The notes below the pieces were generated by a model. That model was not told where the DNA came from. It did no database searches and worked only from the letters and a program-made list of their open reading frames with translations. From assembly GCF_009914755.1 (NCBI RefSeq), contig NC_060938.1: a stretch of 64,000 nucleotides of DNA. One strand, 5' to 3'. This DNA is from the human T2T-CHM13v2.0 reference genome, Homo sapiens. This document shows, piece by piece, positions 1 to 11,295 of the stretch (positions are counted from its first letter, which is position 1; each line of letters starts with the position of its first letter). Both the position numbers and the translations under genes were made by a program.

Positions 1-2963
1 TATTGCCTAGGTTATCTTCCACGGTTTTTATAGTTTGGGTTTTACATTTAAGTCCTTAACTCATCTTTAGCTTTTTTTTGTATATGATATAAGAAGGAGG
101 TTCAGTTTCATTCTTCTGCATGTGGCTAGCCAGTTAACCCAGCAGTATTTATTAAATAGGGAGTCCTTTCCCATTGCTTGTTTATGTCAGCTTTAGCAGA
201 GATCAGATAGTTGTAAGCGTTGCAGCCTTATTTCTGGGGTCTATGTTCTGTTCCATTGGTCTATGTGTCTGTTTTTGTATCAGTAGTATGTATGCTGTTT
301 TGATTGTTGTAGAACTGTAGTATAGCATGAAGTTGGGTAGCATGATGCTTATAACTTTGTTCTTTTTGCTTAGGATTGCCTTGTCTACTGGGGCTCTTTT
401 TTTGGTTCCATATGAATTTTAAAATAGTTTTTCCTAGTTCTGTGAAGAATGTCAATGACACTATAATAGGAATAGCATTTAATTTATGAATTGTTTTGAG
501 CAGTATGGCCACTTTAATGATATTGATTCTTCCTATCCATAAGCACAGACTGTTTTTCTATTTGTGTCATCTCTGATTTCTTTAAGCAGCGTTTTTCAGT
601 TCTCCTTGTAGAGATTTTTCACCTCCCTCATTAGCTGTATTCCTAGGTGTTTTATTCTTTTTGTGGAAATTGTGAATGGGTTGTGTTCCTGGTTTGGCTC
701 TAAGCTTGGTGTTGTTGGTGTACAGGACACTAGTGATTTTTATATATTAATTTTGTATCCTGAGACTTTGCTAAAGTTGTGTATCAGCTTAAGAAGCTTT
801 GGGCCAAGACTGTGGGGTTTTCCAGATATAGGATAATGTTGTCTGCAAACAGGGTTGGTTTGACTTCCTGTCTTCCTATTTGCATGCCTGTTCCTTCTTT
901 CTCTTGTCTGATTCCTCTAGCCCGGTCTTCTAATACTATGTTGAATAGGAGTAGTGAGAGAGGGCATTCTTTGTCTTGTGCCAGTTTTCAAGAAGAATGC
1001 TTTCAGCTTTTGCCTGTTTGGTATGATGTTGGCTACAGGTTTGTTACAGATGGCTATTATTATTTTGAGGTATGTTCCCTCAATACTTAGTGTATTGAGG
1101 GTTTTTTATATGAAGGAGCATTGAATCTTACGGAAAGCCTTTTCTGTATCTATTGAGATAATCATGGGGTTTTCGTCTTTAGTTCCATTTATGTGATGAA
1201 TCACATTTACTGATTTGCATATGTTGAACCAACCTTGCATCCCAGGGATAAAGCCTACTTGATCGTGGTGGATGCACTTTTTGATGTGCTGCTGGATTCA
1301 GTTTGCCAGTGATCTTTTGAAGATTTTTGCATGGATGTTCATCAAGGATAATGGACTGAAGTTTTCTTGTTTCTGTTGTGTCTCTGTAAGGCTTTTATAT
1401 TACGATGATACTGGCCTCAGAGAATAAGCAGTGTATATGAGGAGTTAGAAAGGAGTTCTTTCTCCTCAAGTTTTGGAATAGTTTCTGTAGGAACGATAGT
1501 ACTTCTTCTTTGCACATCTGGTAGAATTTGGCTGTGAATCTCTCTGGTCCTGGGCTTTTTTTAGTTGGTAGGCTATTTATTACTTATTCAATTTTAGAGT
1601 TTATTATTGGTCTGTTCAGAGATTCAATTTATTCCCTGCTCAGTCTCATGAAGCTATATGTGTCAAGGAATTTATCCATTTCTTCTAGATTTTCTAGTTT
1701 ATGTGCATAGATATGTTCATACTATTCTCTTCTTGTTATTTTCATTTCTGTGGGGTCAGTTGTTACATCTCCTTTCCCCTTTGTCATTTCTACTTGGGTT
1801 TATTTGTACCTTCTCTCGTTCCTTTTTTATAAGTCTAGTTAGTGGTCTACTTGATTACTTTTTTCACAAAAACAACTCTTGGATTTGTTGATCTTTTGAA
1901 GGGCTTTTTGTGTCTCAATCTCCTTCACTTCAGCCCTGATTTTGAATATTTCATGTCTTATGCTAGATTTGGGGTTGGTTTTCTCTTCGTTCCCTAGTTC
2001 TTTTATTTGTGATGTTAGGTTATTAAATTGAGATCTTTCTGACCTTTGGATGTGGGCATTTAGTGCTATAAATTTCCCACTTAACAATGCCTTAGCTGTG
2101 TCTCACAGATTCTGGTACATTGCATATTTGTTCTCATTAGTTTCAAAGAACTTCTCGATTTCTGCCTTAATTTCATTATTTACCCAAAAATCATTTGGGG
2201 ATAGGTTATTCAATTTCTAGTAGTCGCCTGGTTTTAAGCAAATTTCTTAGTCTTGATTTCTAATTTGATTATGCTATTGTCCAAGAGACTGGTTGTTATG
2301 ATTTCAGTTCTTTTGCATTTACTGAGGAGTGTTTTATGCTTGATTATGTGATCAGTTTTAGAGTATGTGTCATGTGATGATGAGAATAATGTATATTCTG
2401 TTATATGGGCATGCAGAATTCCATATATGTCTGTCAGATCCACTGACCCAATGCTGGGTTCAGGTCCTGAATATCTTTGTTAACTTTTTTGCCTTGATGA
2501 TTTGTCCAATATTGTCAGTGGGGTGCTGAAGTCTCCCACTATTGTTGTGTGGGAGTCTAAGTTTCTTTGAAGGTCTGTAAGAACTTGCCTTATGAATGTG
2601 GGTATTCCTGTCTTGGGTGAATATATATTTAGGATAGTTAGGTCTTCTTGTTGAATTGAATCCTTTACCATTATGTAATGCCCTTCTTTGTCTTCTTTGA
2701 TCTTTGTTAAAGTCTGTTTCATCTGAAATTAGGATTACAAAGCCTCCTTTTGCTGTTTTCCATTTGCTTGGTAGATTTTTCTTCATCCCTTTATTTTGAG
2801 CCTATGGGTGTAATTGCATGTGAGGTGGGTCTCTTGAAGACAGCATAACAATGGGTCTTGGTTCTTTATCTAGCTTGCCACCCTGTGCCTTTTAATTGAG
2901 GGTATTTAGCCCATTTACATACAAGATTAGTATTAATATGTGTGGTTTTGATCCTATTATCAT
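1..2963 (-). pseudogene. Disrupted L1 ORF2 (endonuclease/reverse transcriptase)
   Basis: ATG at 2963 reads MIIGSKPHILILILYVNGLN (ORF2p N-terminus); fragments 2480-2722, 2234-2443, 1839-2087 and 261-512 are ORF2p-like. Confidence 0.9.
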
Positions 2964-3029
2964 GCTGTTACCTGATTATTATGCCGACTTCTTTATGTGG
3001 TTGCTTTTTAGTGTCACTGGCCTGTGTAC

Positions 3030-4027
3030 TTAAGTGTGTTTTTGTAGTGGCTCCTGATGGTCTTTCCTTCCCATATTTAGTGCTTCCTTTGGCAACTCTT
3101 GAAAATAAGGTCTGGTAATAAAAAATTCCCTCAGTATTTGTTTGTCTGAAAAGGATTTTATTTCTCCTTTGCTTATGAAGTTTAGTTTGGCCAAATATTA
3201 AATTATGGTTAGAACTTCTTTTCTTTAATAATGTTGAATATTGACTCCTAATATTTTCTGGTTTATAGGGCTTCTGCTGAGACATCTACTGTTAGCCTGA
3301 TGGGGCTCCCTTTGTAGGTGAACTGTGCTTTCTCTCTGGCTGTCTTTAACATTTTTTTTCATCCATTTCTACCTTTGAGAATCTTATTTTCATGTGTCTT
3401 CCTGTGTAGTATCTTGCAAAATTTATCTCTGTTTTCTGAATTTGAATATTGGCCTGTCTAGGTTGGGGAGGTTCTCATGGATGATATCCTGAAATATGAT
3501 TGTCAAGTTGCTCACATTCTTCTTATCTATTTCAGAGACACCAATGATTCATAGGTTTGGTCTCCTTACATAATTCCATATTTCTAAGAGATTTTGTTCA
3601 TTCCTTTTAACTCTTTTTTCTCTATTCTTGTCTGACTGTTTTATTTTAGAAAGCCAGTCTTCAGGCTCTGAGATTCTTTCTTCTGCTTGGTCTATTCTGC
3701 TATTGATACTTATGATTACATTATGAAACTCTTGTACTGGGTTTTTCAGATCTATCATATCGGCTAAATCCTTTTCTATACCGGCTATTGTGTCTGTCAG
3801 CTTCTGAATAATTTTATTGTCATTCTTAGCTTCCTTGAATTAGGTTTCAATGTATTCTTGCATCTCAATGATCTTCATTTCTATCCATATTTTGAATTAT
3901 ATTTCTGTCATTTCAGCCATATCAGCCCATTCAGAATGCTTGCTGGAGAGGTAATGTGGTCATTTGGAGGAAAGAAGGCATTCTGACTTTTTGAGTTGTC
4001 AGGGCTCTTGCACTGGTTCTTTCTCAT
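3030..4027 (-). pseudogene. Disrupted L1 ORF1
   Basis: ATG at 4027 reads MRKNQCKSPDNSKSQNAFFPPND; fragment 3549-3758 is the ORF1p coiled-coil/RRM start (RNEQNLLEIWNYVRRPNL). Confidence 0.85.
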
Positions 4028-5590
4028 CTTTGTGGGCTGGTATTCCTTGAATCCATGAAGTTGCTGACCTTTGGGGAGTTTTTTTTCTTTTATCCTATTT
4101 TATGACTTTGAGGATTTGATTGTGGTATAAGGTGAATTCAACTGCCTGGTTTCATTTATGAAAGATTTTAGTGGGGCAACACTTAGTTCCCAACTCTTGG
4201 AATGCATGCTCTAATTCTGTGGTACTTGTATCAGGCCATGACTTTGTTCTCTGGCTCCTTGACATTAGGAATCCACCCCACTGGGGCAACTAAAGTACTC
4301 CCATACCACTGGTCACTACACTTCAATGGGTGGTGTCAGCACCAAAGCAGCATCCATGCTCATTCACACATGCCAGCAGCAGTGGCAGGGGAAGTGTGGT
4401 TGGGTGCAGACTCATTTGCTGCAGCAGGGTGCAGGCATTCACTACAGTGGTAGAGGCAACATGGTCCAGTGGGGCAGGAGACCCCTGCTGGCTACTATGC
4501 ATATGGTCCAGTTGGTGGTGCTGTTGGCATGGGAGGGATGTTCATGAGTGCAAGTGTGTGTGCATTCTTTGTGTGCTGCAGGTGGGGGTGGTCTCTCAGG
4601 GGAGGGGAGGGTTCACTGTTCTCTGTGCCTAGTTTCACTCCTGAGGCAGCGTTGGCACATGGGCAAGGTGCTGGCAAGGGTAGGGCTGGCTGCTTCTGTG
4701 CCCCTCAAGGCTCTGACTTCAATGGTGATTGGTGGTGGCAGGGGGCAGACTGCATTTCTACCACAGCAGTGGCAGGGCAGGGTGCATGAATATATGTGTG
4801 CTGGAGGGGCAAGGAAGGCAAAACTTACTTGGGCACACATGCACTGGCAAAGTGATTTGGGAGGTTGCTGTGGACCTAGGGGAAGCTGCAGTGTGGTGAT
4901 GGAGTGGGCAGGTTGATGCGCGGTTGGAGGCTCCATCACTGGTGCTTTATACCCGTCAGGCATAGTCTGCCAGCTCAGGAGTTATGATACGGGCCCCCAA
5001 GGCACCCAAGGCTTCCCTGCAAGCAGGGGCTGTCAGGGTGGGCCCCCAAGAGAAGCGAGCAGACCAAGTGGTGCTCAGGTCAAATCAGCCCCATCTATGG
5101 GCAAGATCACCCTGCAGAATTCTGGTCCAAAAATTCCCCTAGGGCTAAAATGTCCTATGGGGTCAAGTAAAGCCTAGGGGGATGGCTGTCCCTGGCTGTG
5201 CTCCAACTATAGGGCTCCAACTCAGCTGGCTTACTACCTCTATTATTTCTATAAGCAGCTCTCCCTGCCAACTTGTGTCTGTGGTGGCTGATGGGTCTCC
5301 TCCTGCCAGAGTTCCAGGGGCCTGTGCCAAGAAGGGCTTGCTCCTTACTAGTTCAACTCACTCATTCCCTTGAAGTTGCTGGGGACCAGGAATGAATCCG
5401 AATGCATAGTAGCCTCATGCAGGGTTCCCATTGTCCTCCCCCTTCAGCCCAGCTTCTTGTGTCTTTCCTCCATCCACTCTCAGTGCCTTCCTTCTGAAGA
5501 TCTGTTAGGAGCACGCCAGTCATCTTAGATGGAACATGCAGCTAGGTGTTCCATCTGGCTGCATCTAGTCAGCCATCTTGCCCTGACTCT

Positions 5591-5880
5591 ATTTTTTTGT
5601 TGAGACAGAGTCTCACTCTGGCACCCAGGCTGGAGTGCAATGGTGCAATCTTGGTTCAACTGCAACCACCACTCCTGGGCTTAAGTGATCCTCCTCCCTC
5701 AACTTCCTGAGTAGCCTGGACTTCAGGCATATGCCACCATGCCTGGCTAATTTTAATAGTTTTAGTAGTGGCAGGGTTTCGCCATGTTTCCCAGGCTGTT
5801 CTTGGACTCCTCAGCTCAAGCAATCTGCTTTCCTTGGCCCCAAATGCTGGGATTATAGGCACAAGCCACAACACCCAGCT
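5591..5880 (-). mobile_element. AluJ (diverged, full dimer)
   Basis: tgagacagagtctcactct...cccaggctggagtgca...gggcttaagtgatcctcc...tgctgggattataggc; J-type diagnostics, heavy CpG decay. Confidence 0.92.
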
Positions 5881-5889
5881 TTTTAATTT

Positions 5890-6560
5890 TCAGAATTTCC
5901 TTGCTTATTAGGCATTGTAAGACTTTGAGATATGTTGTAATTTTTCCCCAGGCTGTCATTTGACTTCTGAATTTGTACACAAATGTGTGTGTGTGTGAGT
6001 TTTAAAATTTTGCCATTTACACAGATATTTTCTTCCTCTTTCTCTGAACTTTAAATAATCAAATTGCTCAAACTTTTATTTTATTGCTTCTGAATTATGT
6101 TATATTTAGAATAATTTTATCCACTCTGAATTTATAATAATCTATTCATAGTTTATTTATTTTAAGACTGAATGGTCTCAATATTTTAAAATGTCTAATT
6201 CTGATCCAACTGATTTTATTCCACAGTGTGGTGGTGGGAGAACACATCTATTTTAATTTTTGTTCATTGTGTCTGTTCAGGTGACACAATGACATTTATT
6301 AGAAGTTTTGTCTTTTCTGAACTGTTTTACAAGTTTGTTTTATTCCATAAAAGTTCTATAACTTTTTGTGAATATTTTTGATTGCCTACTTTTTGCCATT
6401 GCTTAGTTGACCCATTCATGTACCAATATAACACTTTTAGTTAGAAAGATTTTAGTGTTATTTATAATCTGGCATTATTCTAACCACCACATGCTCTCAT
6501 AGTTGCGATTTCACTGTCTATTCTTGACAATTTACACTTTCATTCGTATTTTGATGTCAA
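5890..6560 (-). mobile_element. Highly degraded ancient L1 (L1M-type) fragment
   Basis: T-rich sequence with faint colinearity to antisense ORF2 3' region (gacatttattagaag, catgtaccaatataacac, ataatctgg). Confidence 0.4.
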
Positions 6561-6594
6561 TATAGTTTAATGCCAGGACACAACTTACTTTGTT

Positions 6595-7480
6595 ATAGGC
6601 CACTGGCTTCTTTCCCATTCCTTACCCCAAACTACTACCTGAAGCTTTTGCAAATACTACTCCTCTGCATGGAATGCTCTTCCCAGATATTCTGCATGGC
6701 TTCTTTCCTCGCCTTACTAATGTCCCTGAGCAACTGTTATCCCTTTAAAGAGTCTATCAGTGAGCTCACGTTTTATGTCACCTATCTAAAATGGCACCAC
6801 CCTCTGCCCTACTCATCATACTCTATCCCTCAAACAAATTTGTTCTTAAAGGATTATCATTTGTTACGGCCATGGAGATGCATTGCTCAGGTATTCCTTC
6901 AATAAATAATTTGATTCAGCTTGCAGGAGTGAAGTTAATGGACAGCCATCAGCTGTACCACCTTCAGTACCAGCCTCAGCTTTTTAGCCAAAATTCAAAT
7001 TTTTCCTATGCAGACCTCAGCCAACAACTACAAGTCCTGGGAATAATACAACGAAGTCATTTCTGTCCAAGTGGGGCCTCCTCTAATTGACAATCTTCGC
7101 TCCAAAGATCCATATTTGGTTGGTAAAATCCTTGTCAGATCTGCATCATAGTCTGAGGTTCTCCCAGCTCAATCTTGCTTTCTCCCTATTTTTTTTGTCA
7201 CAGAGATCAGATCCGCTGAAAGCTTTTTGTCTAAAAGCTTCCCTGCCCAATTGTGCTACCTGTCTCCTTTATTTTTCACAGGTAGTATCCTCCAAACTCA
7301 CTGAAATCCTAACAATCTCAGGGACTGCTTTCTGGAGGGCCCAAGTGATAGAGTACTATTTTACATTTTGTTTATTTGCTTACTGTGTCTCTTCACTAGA
7401 ATACAAACTTAGAGCAAATTAAAAAAAAAAAAAGTCTTGAGTGCCTAGAATATTGTCTGACATATAGTAAATATTCAACA
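6595..7480 (+). mobile_element. L2 3' end, split by an LTR at 6862-7350
   Basis: ctctgcatggaatgctcttcccagatatt...gcatggct on the left; ctagaatacaaactt...gtgcctagaatattgtctgacatatagtaaatattcaa on the right are L2 3'-end motifs. Confidence 0.7.
6862..7350 (+). mobile_element. ERVL solo LTR (LTR16-like)
   Basis: Starts TGT, ends ...aatctcagggactgctttctggagggcccaagtgata, resembling LTR16 3' ends; interrupts L2. Confidence 0.55.
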
Positions 7481-8624
7481 TAATGCATTATATGTCACTT
7501 GGTGTACGTACAACCAAGACTGTTTCTAAATATTAAAAAAACTTAATTGAGGAATGTGCAAGTTATTGTCCTGTTTCCCCATTTCTAACTTAATTTACCA
7601 TACGATTAGAGAATTATTCTGAGAACTCAAGAAACTCTGACTAACTGAGTTGGCCTGGAAAATATAGAAAAGCATAATAATTTATTATTGTCTTAAGCTT
7701 TATTAGTCATTCATAAACCTAAATCCTTTGAGCAGGGTAAGCAAAAATTAAGATGGCAATATAATAACTCTCTTTTTTCATTATAGACAGACCTCTGACA
7801 TCCTCCCTGGTAGGAACAAGATGAGAAAGCAAATAAAGAATATGAGAAGTATTTCACCCTTCTATTGATTTTCTGGTTTCAGCTTCACACTAACTTACCA
7901 CTGAATGCATATCTAAAAAAGAAGCTGCCTGTGAAAGGATTAGAAATGAATCAAGCAGAAGACAAATGAGAACACATTAGGAGTTATATAAAAATCAATT
8001 TTTTAAATGTTAAACATAGATATATCTTCTCTAATTTCAACCACATAATGTGTATTGTCCCACTGACCACAAAATATACATAGCTGAATATTGTGCTTGC
8101 CTAAGTCATCATACGTTACACTAAATCCTTCTTCTATTATATAAGAATACTAAAAATATATGCACTGCTAAGATCAAATTATGAAATATATATCAAACAT
8201 AATTCCTAAGAGTCTGCATTGCTTGTAAACTTAGATTTACTAAGTTTGAAAGCTATAAAAGTTAATGATGTAAAAACCCTTTGCACCAAAATCCTAATTT
8301 TAGAGCTTATACCAGGGTTATGCATTTTGTAATATGCAAAATAAAGTTGAATGTAAGAACTCAAATGAATAAATAGAAAATAAAATTATAATAACTTAAA
8401 TGTTAATAGGATGCTGGTTAAATGAACTATAATGTATCTCTCCAATGTCATACACAAATAGGTGTGTCAATACCTAGGTAGCAGTATTATAATTGTTCCA
8501 CAAGTTAAAAAATTAAATTGAACAAATGCATGAGCAATATGAAAATATTTGTAAATCAAAGTATGTAATATTCATTTGAAAATGAATATTTGTAAATGAA
8601 AATATTTGTAAATAAGTTTACTTT

Positions 8625-8730
8625 TATTACCTCTTAACTTTTACTTAACACAATGAGATAGGTTCTATTATCATTTCTATTATATGAAGGAAGAAACTGA
8701 GGCACAAAGAGGGGTAGAAATATTTGAAAA
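8625..8730 (-). mobile_element. MIR fragment
   Basis: atgagataggttctattatcatttct...gaagaaactgaggcacaaagagg is the MIR core. Confidence 0.75.
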
Positions 8731-10424
8731 GTTATTTGAATATGTCTAGCATATGTACATGTTCTCTTTAAGTCAAACAACTAAAAGGAAATAAGTATGG
8801 TGTGCTGGATATTCAATATGAGTTATTTTCTATGAGGAAGAAACAATTTTTTCCAAAAATCCTAGGAAGAGATTAAATACATCAATCTTCTAGAAAAATG
8901 GTAAGTTATAGACAAAAATTATAAGTTTATCAATTTACATGACTGTTGTGTGAAAAAGTAATATTAAATTAGAATATCTTCAGCTTGCTTAATAATGGTC
9001 AGCAGATATTATGACACATCGTTTTCTATTGATGTTTATGCATTCATAATTTCTGTTCTCTCTAAAATATAACTCTGGCCCTCGAGGCAGACACAGAGTT
9101 TCTGAATAAAAATAAGCATAACTTCTCCCCTAGGGAAAGAATACTGTGGATCCAAATATATGACAGGAAATCTAGCAGTACATTGTAATATATTTTTAAG
9201 AGGAATGCAGGATTTGGCTAAACGACTCTCAGTAAAACTTACCCCTAGGATCTCTTTTCTTTCTTTTTCTTACCTCATTGCTCTAGCTAGTATTCCCTGT
9301 ATTCTGTTGAATAGGAGTGGTAAAAGTGGGTATCCTTGTCTTGTTCCAGTTCTTAGGGGGAATGCTTTCAACTTTCCCCAGTTCAATATGATGCTGGCTG
9401 TTGTTTTTTTCTGAATTTTATTGAATGCTTTTTTTTCTGCATCTATTGTTATGATAATATGGTTTTTGTTTTTAGATCTGTTTATGTGGTGTATCACATT
9501 TATTGATTTGTGTATGTTGAACCATCCTTGCATCCCTGGAATAAAACCCACTTGATTGTAGTGTGTTAGCTTTTTAATGTGCTCTTGGATTCAGTTGCTA
9601 GTTTTGTTGAGGATCTTTGCATTTATGTTAATCAGTGATATGGGTCTGTTGTTTTCTTATTTTGTCACATCCTTGCCTGACTTTGATACCAGGGTGAGAC
9701 TAGTTTCATAGAATGAGTTAAGGAGGATTTCCTTCTCAATTATTTGGAACAGTTTCAGTAGGACTGGTACTAGTTTTTCTTTGTATGTATTGTAGAATTT
9801 ATGTGTTATTCCATCTGGTCCCAGGGCTTTTTTTATTGAGAGATTTTTTATTACTAATGCAAATTAGAAAAGAGGAAGTCAAATTATCTTTGTTCACTGA
9901 TGATACAATCTTATACCTAGAAAGCCCTAAAAAATCCCTCAAAAAGACTCCTAGATTTGGTAAATGACCACAATAAAGGATACAAAATCAAGGTACAAAA
10001 ATCAGTAGCATTTTTATATACCAATAACTTTTAAGCTAAGAACCAAATCAATAACTCTATCCCATTTACAACAGCTACAAAAAATAAGTAGCAACACATT
10101 TAATCAAGGAGATGAAAGATCTCTACAAGGGGAACTTCAAAACACTGATGAAAAAAATCATAGATGACACAAACAAATGGAAAAAATTACCATGCTCATG
10201 GATTGGAAAAACCAATATCATTAAAATGACTGTACTGCCCAAAGCAATCTACAGATTCAATGCAATTTCTATCACATTACCAATGTCATTTTTCACAGAA
10301 TTAGAAAAAGCAATCCTGAAATTCATATGGAACTAAAAACAGCCCAAACAGCTAAAGCAATTCTAAGCAAAAAGAACAGAGGTGGAGGCATCATATTACC
10401 TGACTTCAAGTTACACTACAAGGT

Positions 10425-10592
10425 CGTTCATGTAGTCCCAGCTGCTTGGTAAGCTAAGGTGGGAGGATCACCTGAGCCCAGGAAGTGGAGGCTGCAGTGA
10501 GCCATGATCTTGCCACTGTACTGCATGAGCAGTTACAGAGCAAAACCCTGTCTCAAAACAAAAGAAAACAAAACAAAAATGAAAACAAAAAA
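10425..10592 (+). mobile_element. Truncated Alu right arm (AluJ/FRAM-like) with A-rich tail
   Basis: tgtagtcccagct...gggaggatcacctgagcccaggaag..gaggctgcagtgagccatgat...accctgtctcaaaac. Confidence 0.9.
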
Positions 10593-10699
10593 CTATCAGT
10601 TGATTCACCAATCCCACTACCGAGTATCTACCCAAGGAAAAGAAACAATTATATCAAAAAGACAGCTGCACTCCTATGTTTATGGGCAACACTATTCAC

Positions 10700-11151
10700 A
10701 ATATACACATACCAAATATGTGTATATACACCATATATACATACACCATAGATATGTACCATATATATACACACGCACACCATATACCCACCATATATAT
10801 ACCATGTGTAGTTATATATACAGCATATATATACCATGTGTAGGTATATACACAGCATACATATACCATGTGTAGGTATATATACAGCATACATATACCA
10901 TGTGTAGGTATATATGTGCCATATATATACCATGTGTAGGTATATATGTGCCATATATATACCATGTGTAGGTATATATGTGCCATATATATACCATGTG
11001 TAGGTATATATGTGCCATATATATACCATGTGTAGGTATATATGCGCCATATATATACCATGTGTAGGTATATATGTGCCATATATATACCATGTGTAGG
11101 TATATATGCGCCATATATATACCATGTGTAGGTATATATACAGCATATGTG

Positions 11152-11182
<31 letters not shown>

Positions 11183-11295
11183 CATGTATAGGTATATATA
11201 CACCACATATACCATGTATAGTTATATATACACCCTATATATATCATGTATAGGAGGTATATATACACCATATATAAGCCACATATGTATATATG
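10700..11295. repeat. TA-rich minisatellite; core of 11 x 32-bp units (atatatataccatgtgtaggtatatatgtgcc) at ~10793-11152, flanked by degenerate (TA/CA)n
   Basis: accatgtgta recurs every 32 nt from 10801 to 11121. Confidence 0.95.

Larger units (their letters stand above)
1..5590 (-). mobile_element. Old primate LINE-1 (L1PREC2/L1PA13-16-like), 5'-complete: 5'UTR ~4028-5590, ORF1, ORF2 running off the left edge; inactive
   Basis: Minus strand starts GGCAAGATGGCTGACTAGATGCAGCC (L1 5' end). ORF fragments match L1 ORF1p (IDQAEERISEPEDWL) and ORF2p endonuclease (KEGHYIMVKDSIQQEDLTILNIYSP, VGDFSTPL); many stops and frameshifts. Confidence 0.95.

Noticed and set aside
4202-5373. Cluster of overlapping GC-richer ORFs or CpG-island-like promoter
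   Set aside because: It is the CpG-depleted L1 5'UTR; ORFs reflect stop-codon scarcity.
1-5590. Potentially active full-length L1
   Set aside because: ORF1 and ORF2 are broken by many stops and frameshifts; old subfamily.
10793-11152. CRISPR-like array (32-bp palindromic repeats)
   Set aside because: Units are head-to-tail with no unique spacers, there are no cas genes, and the context is primate.
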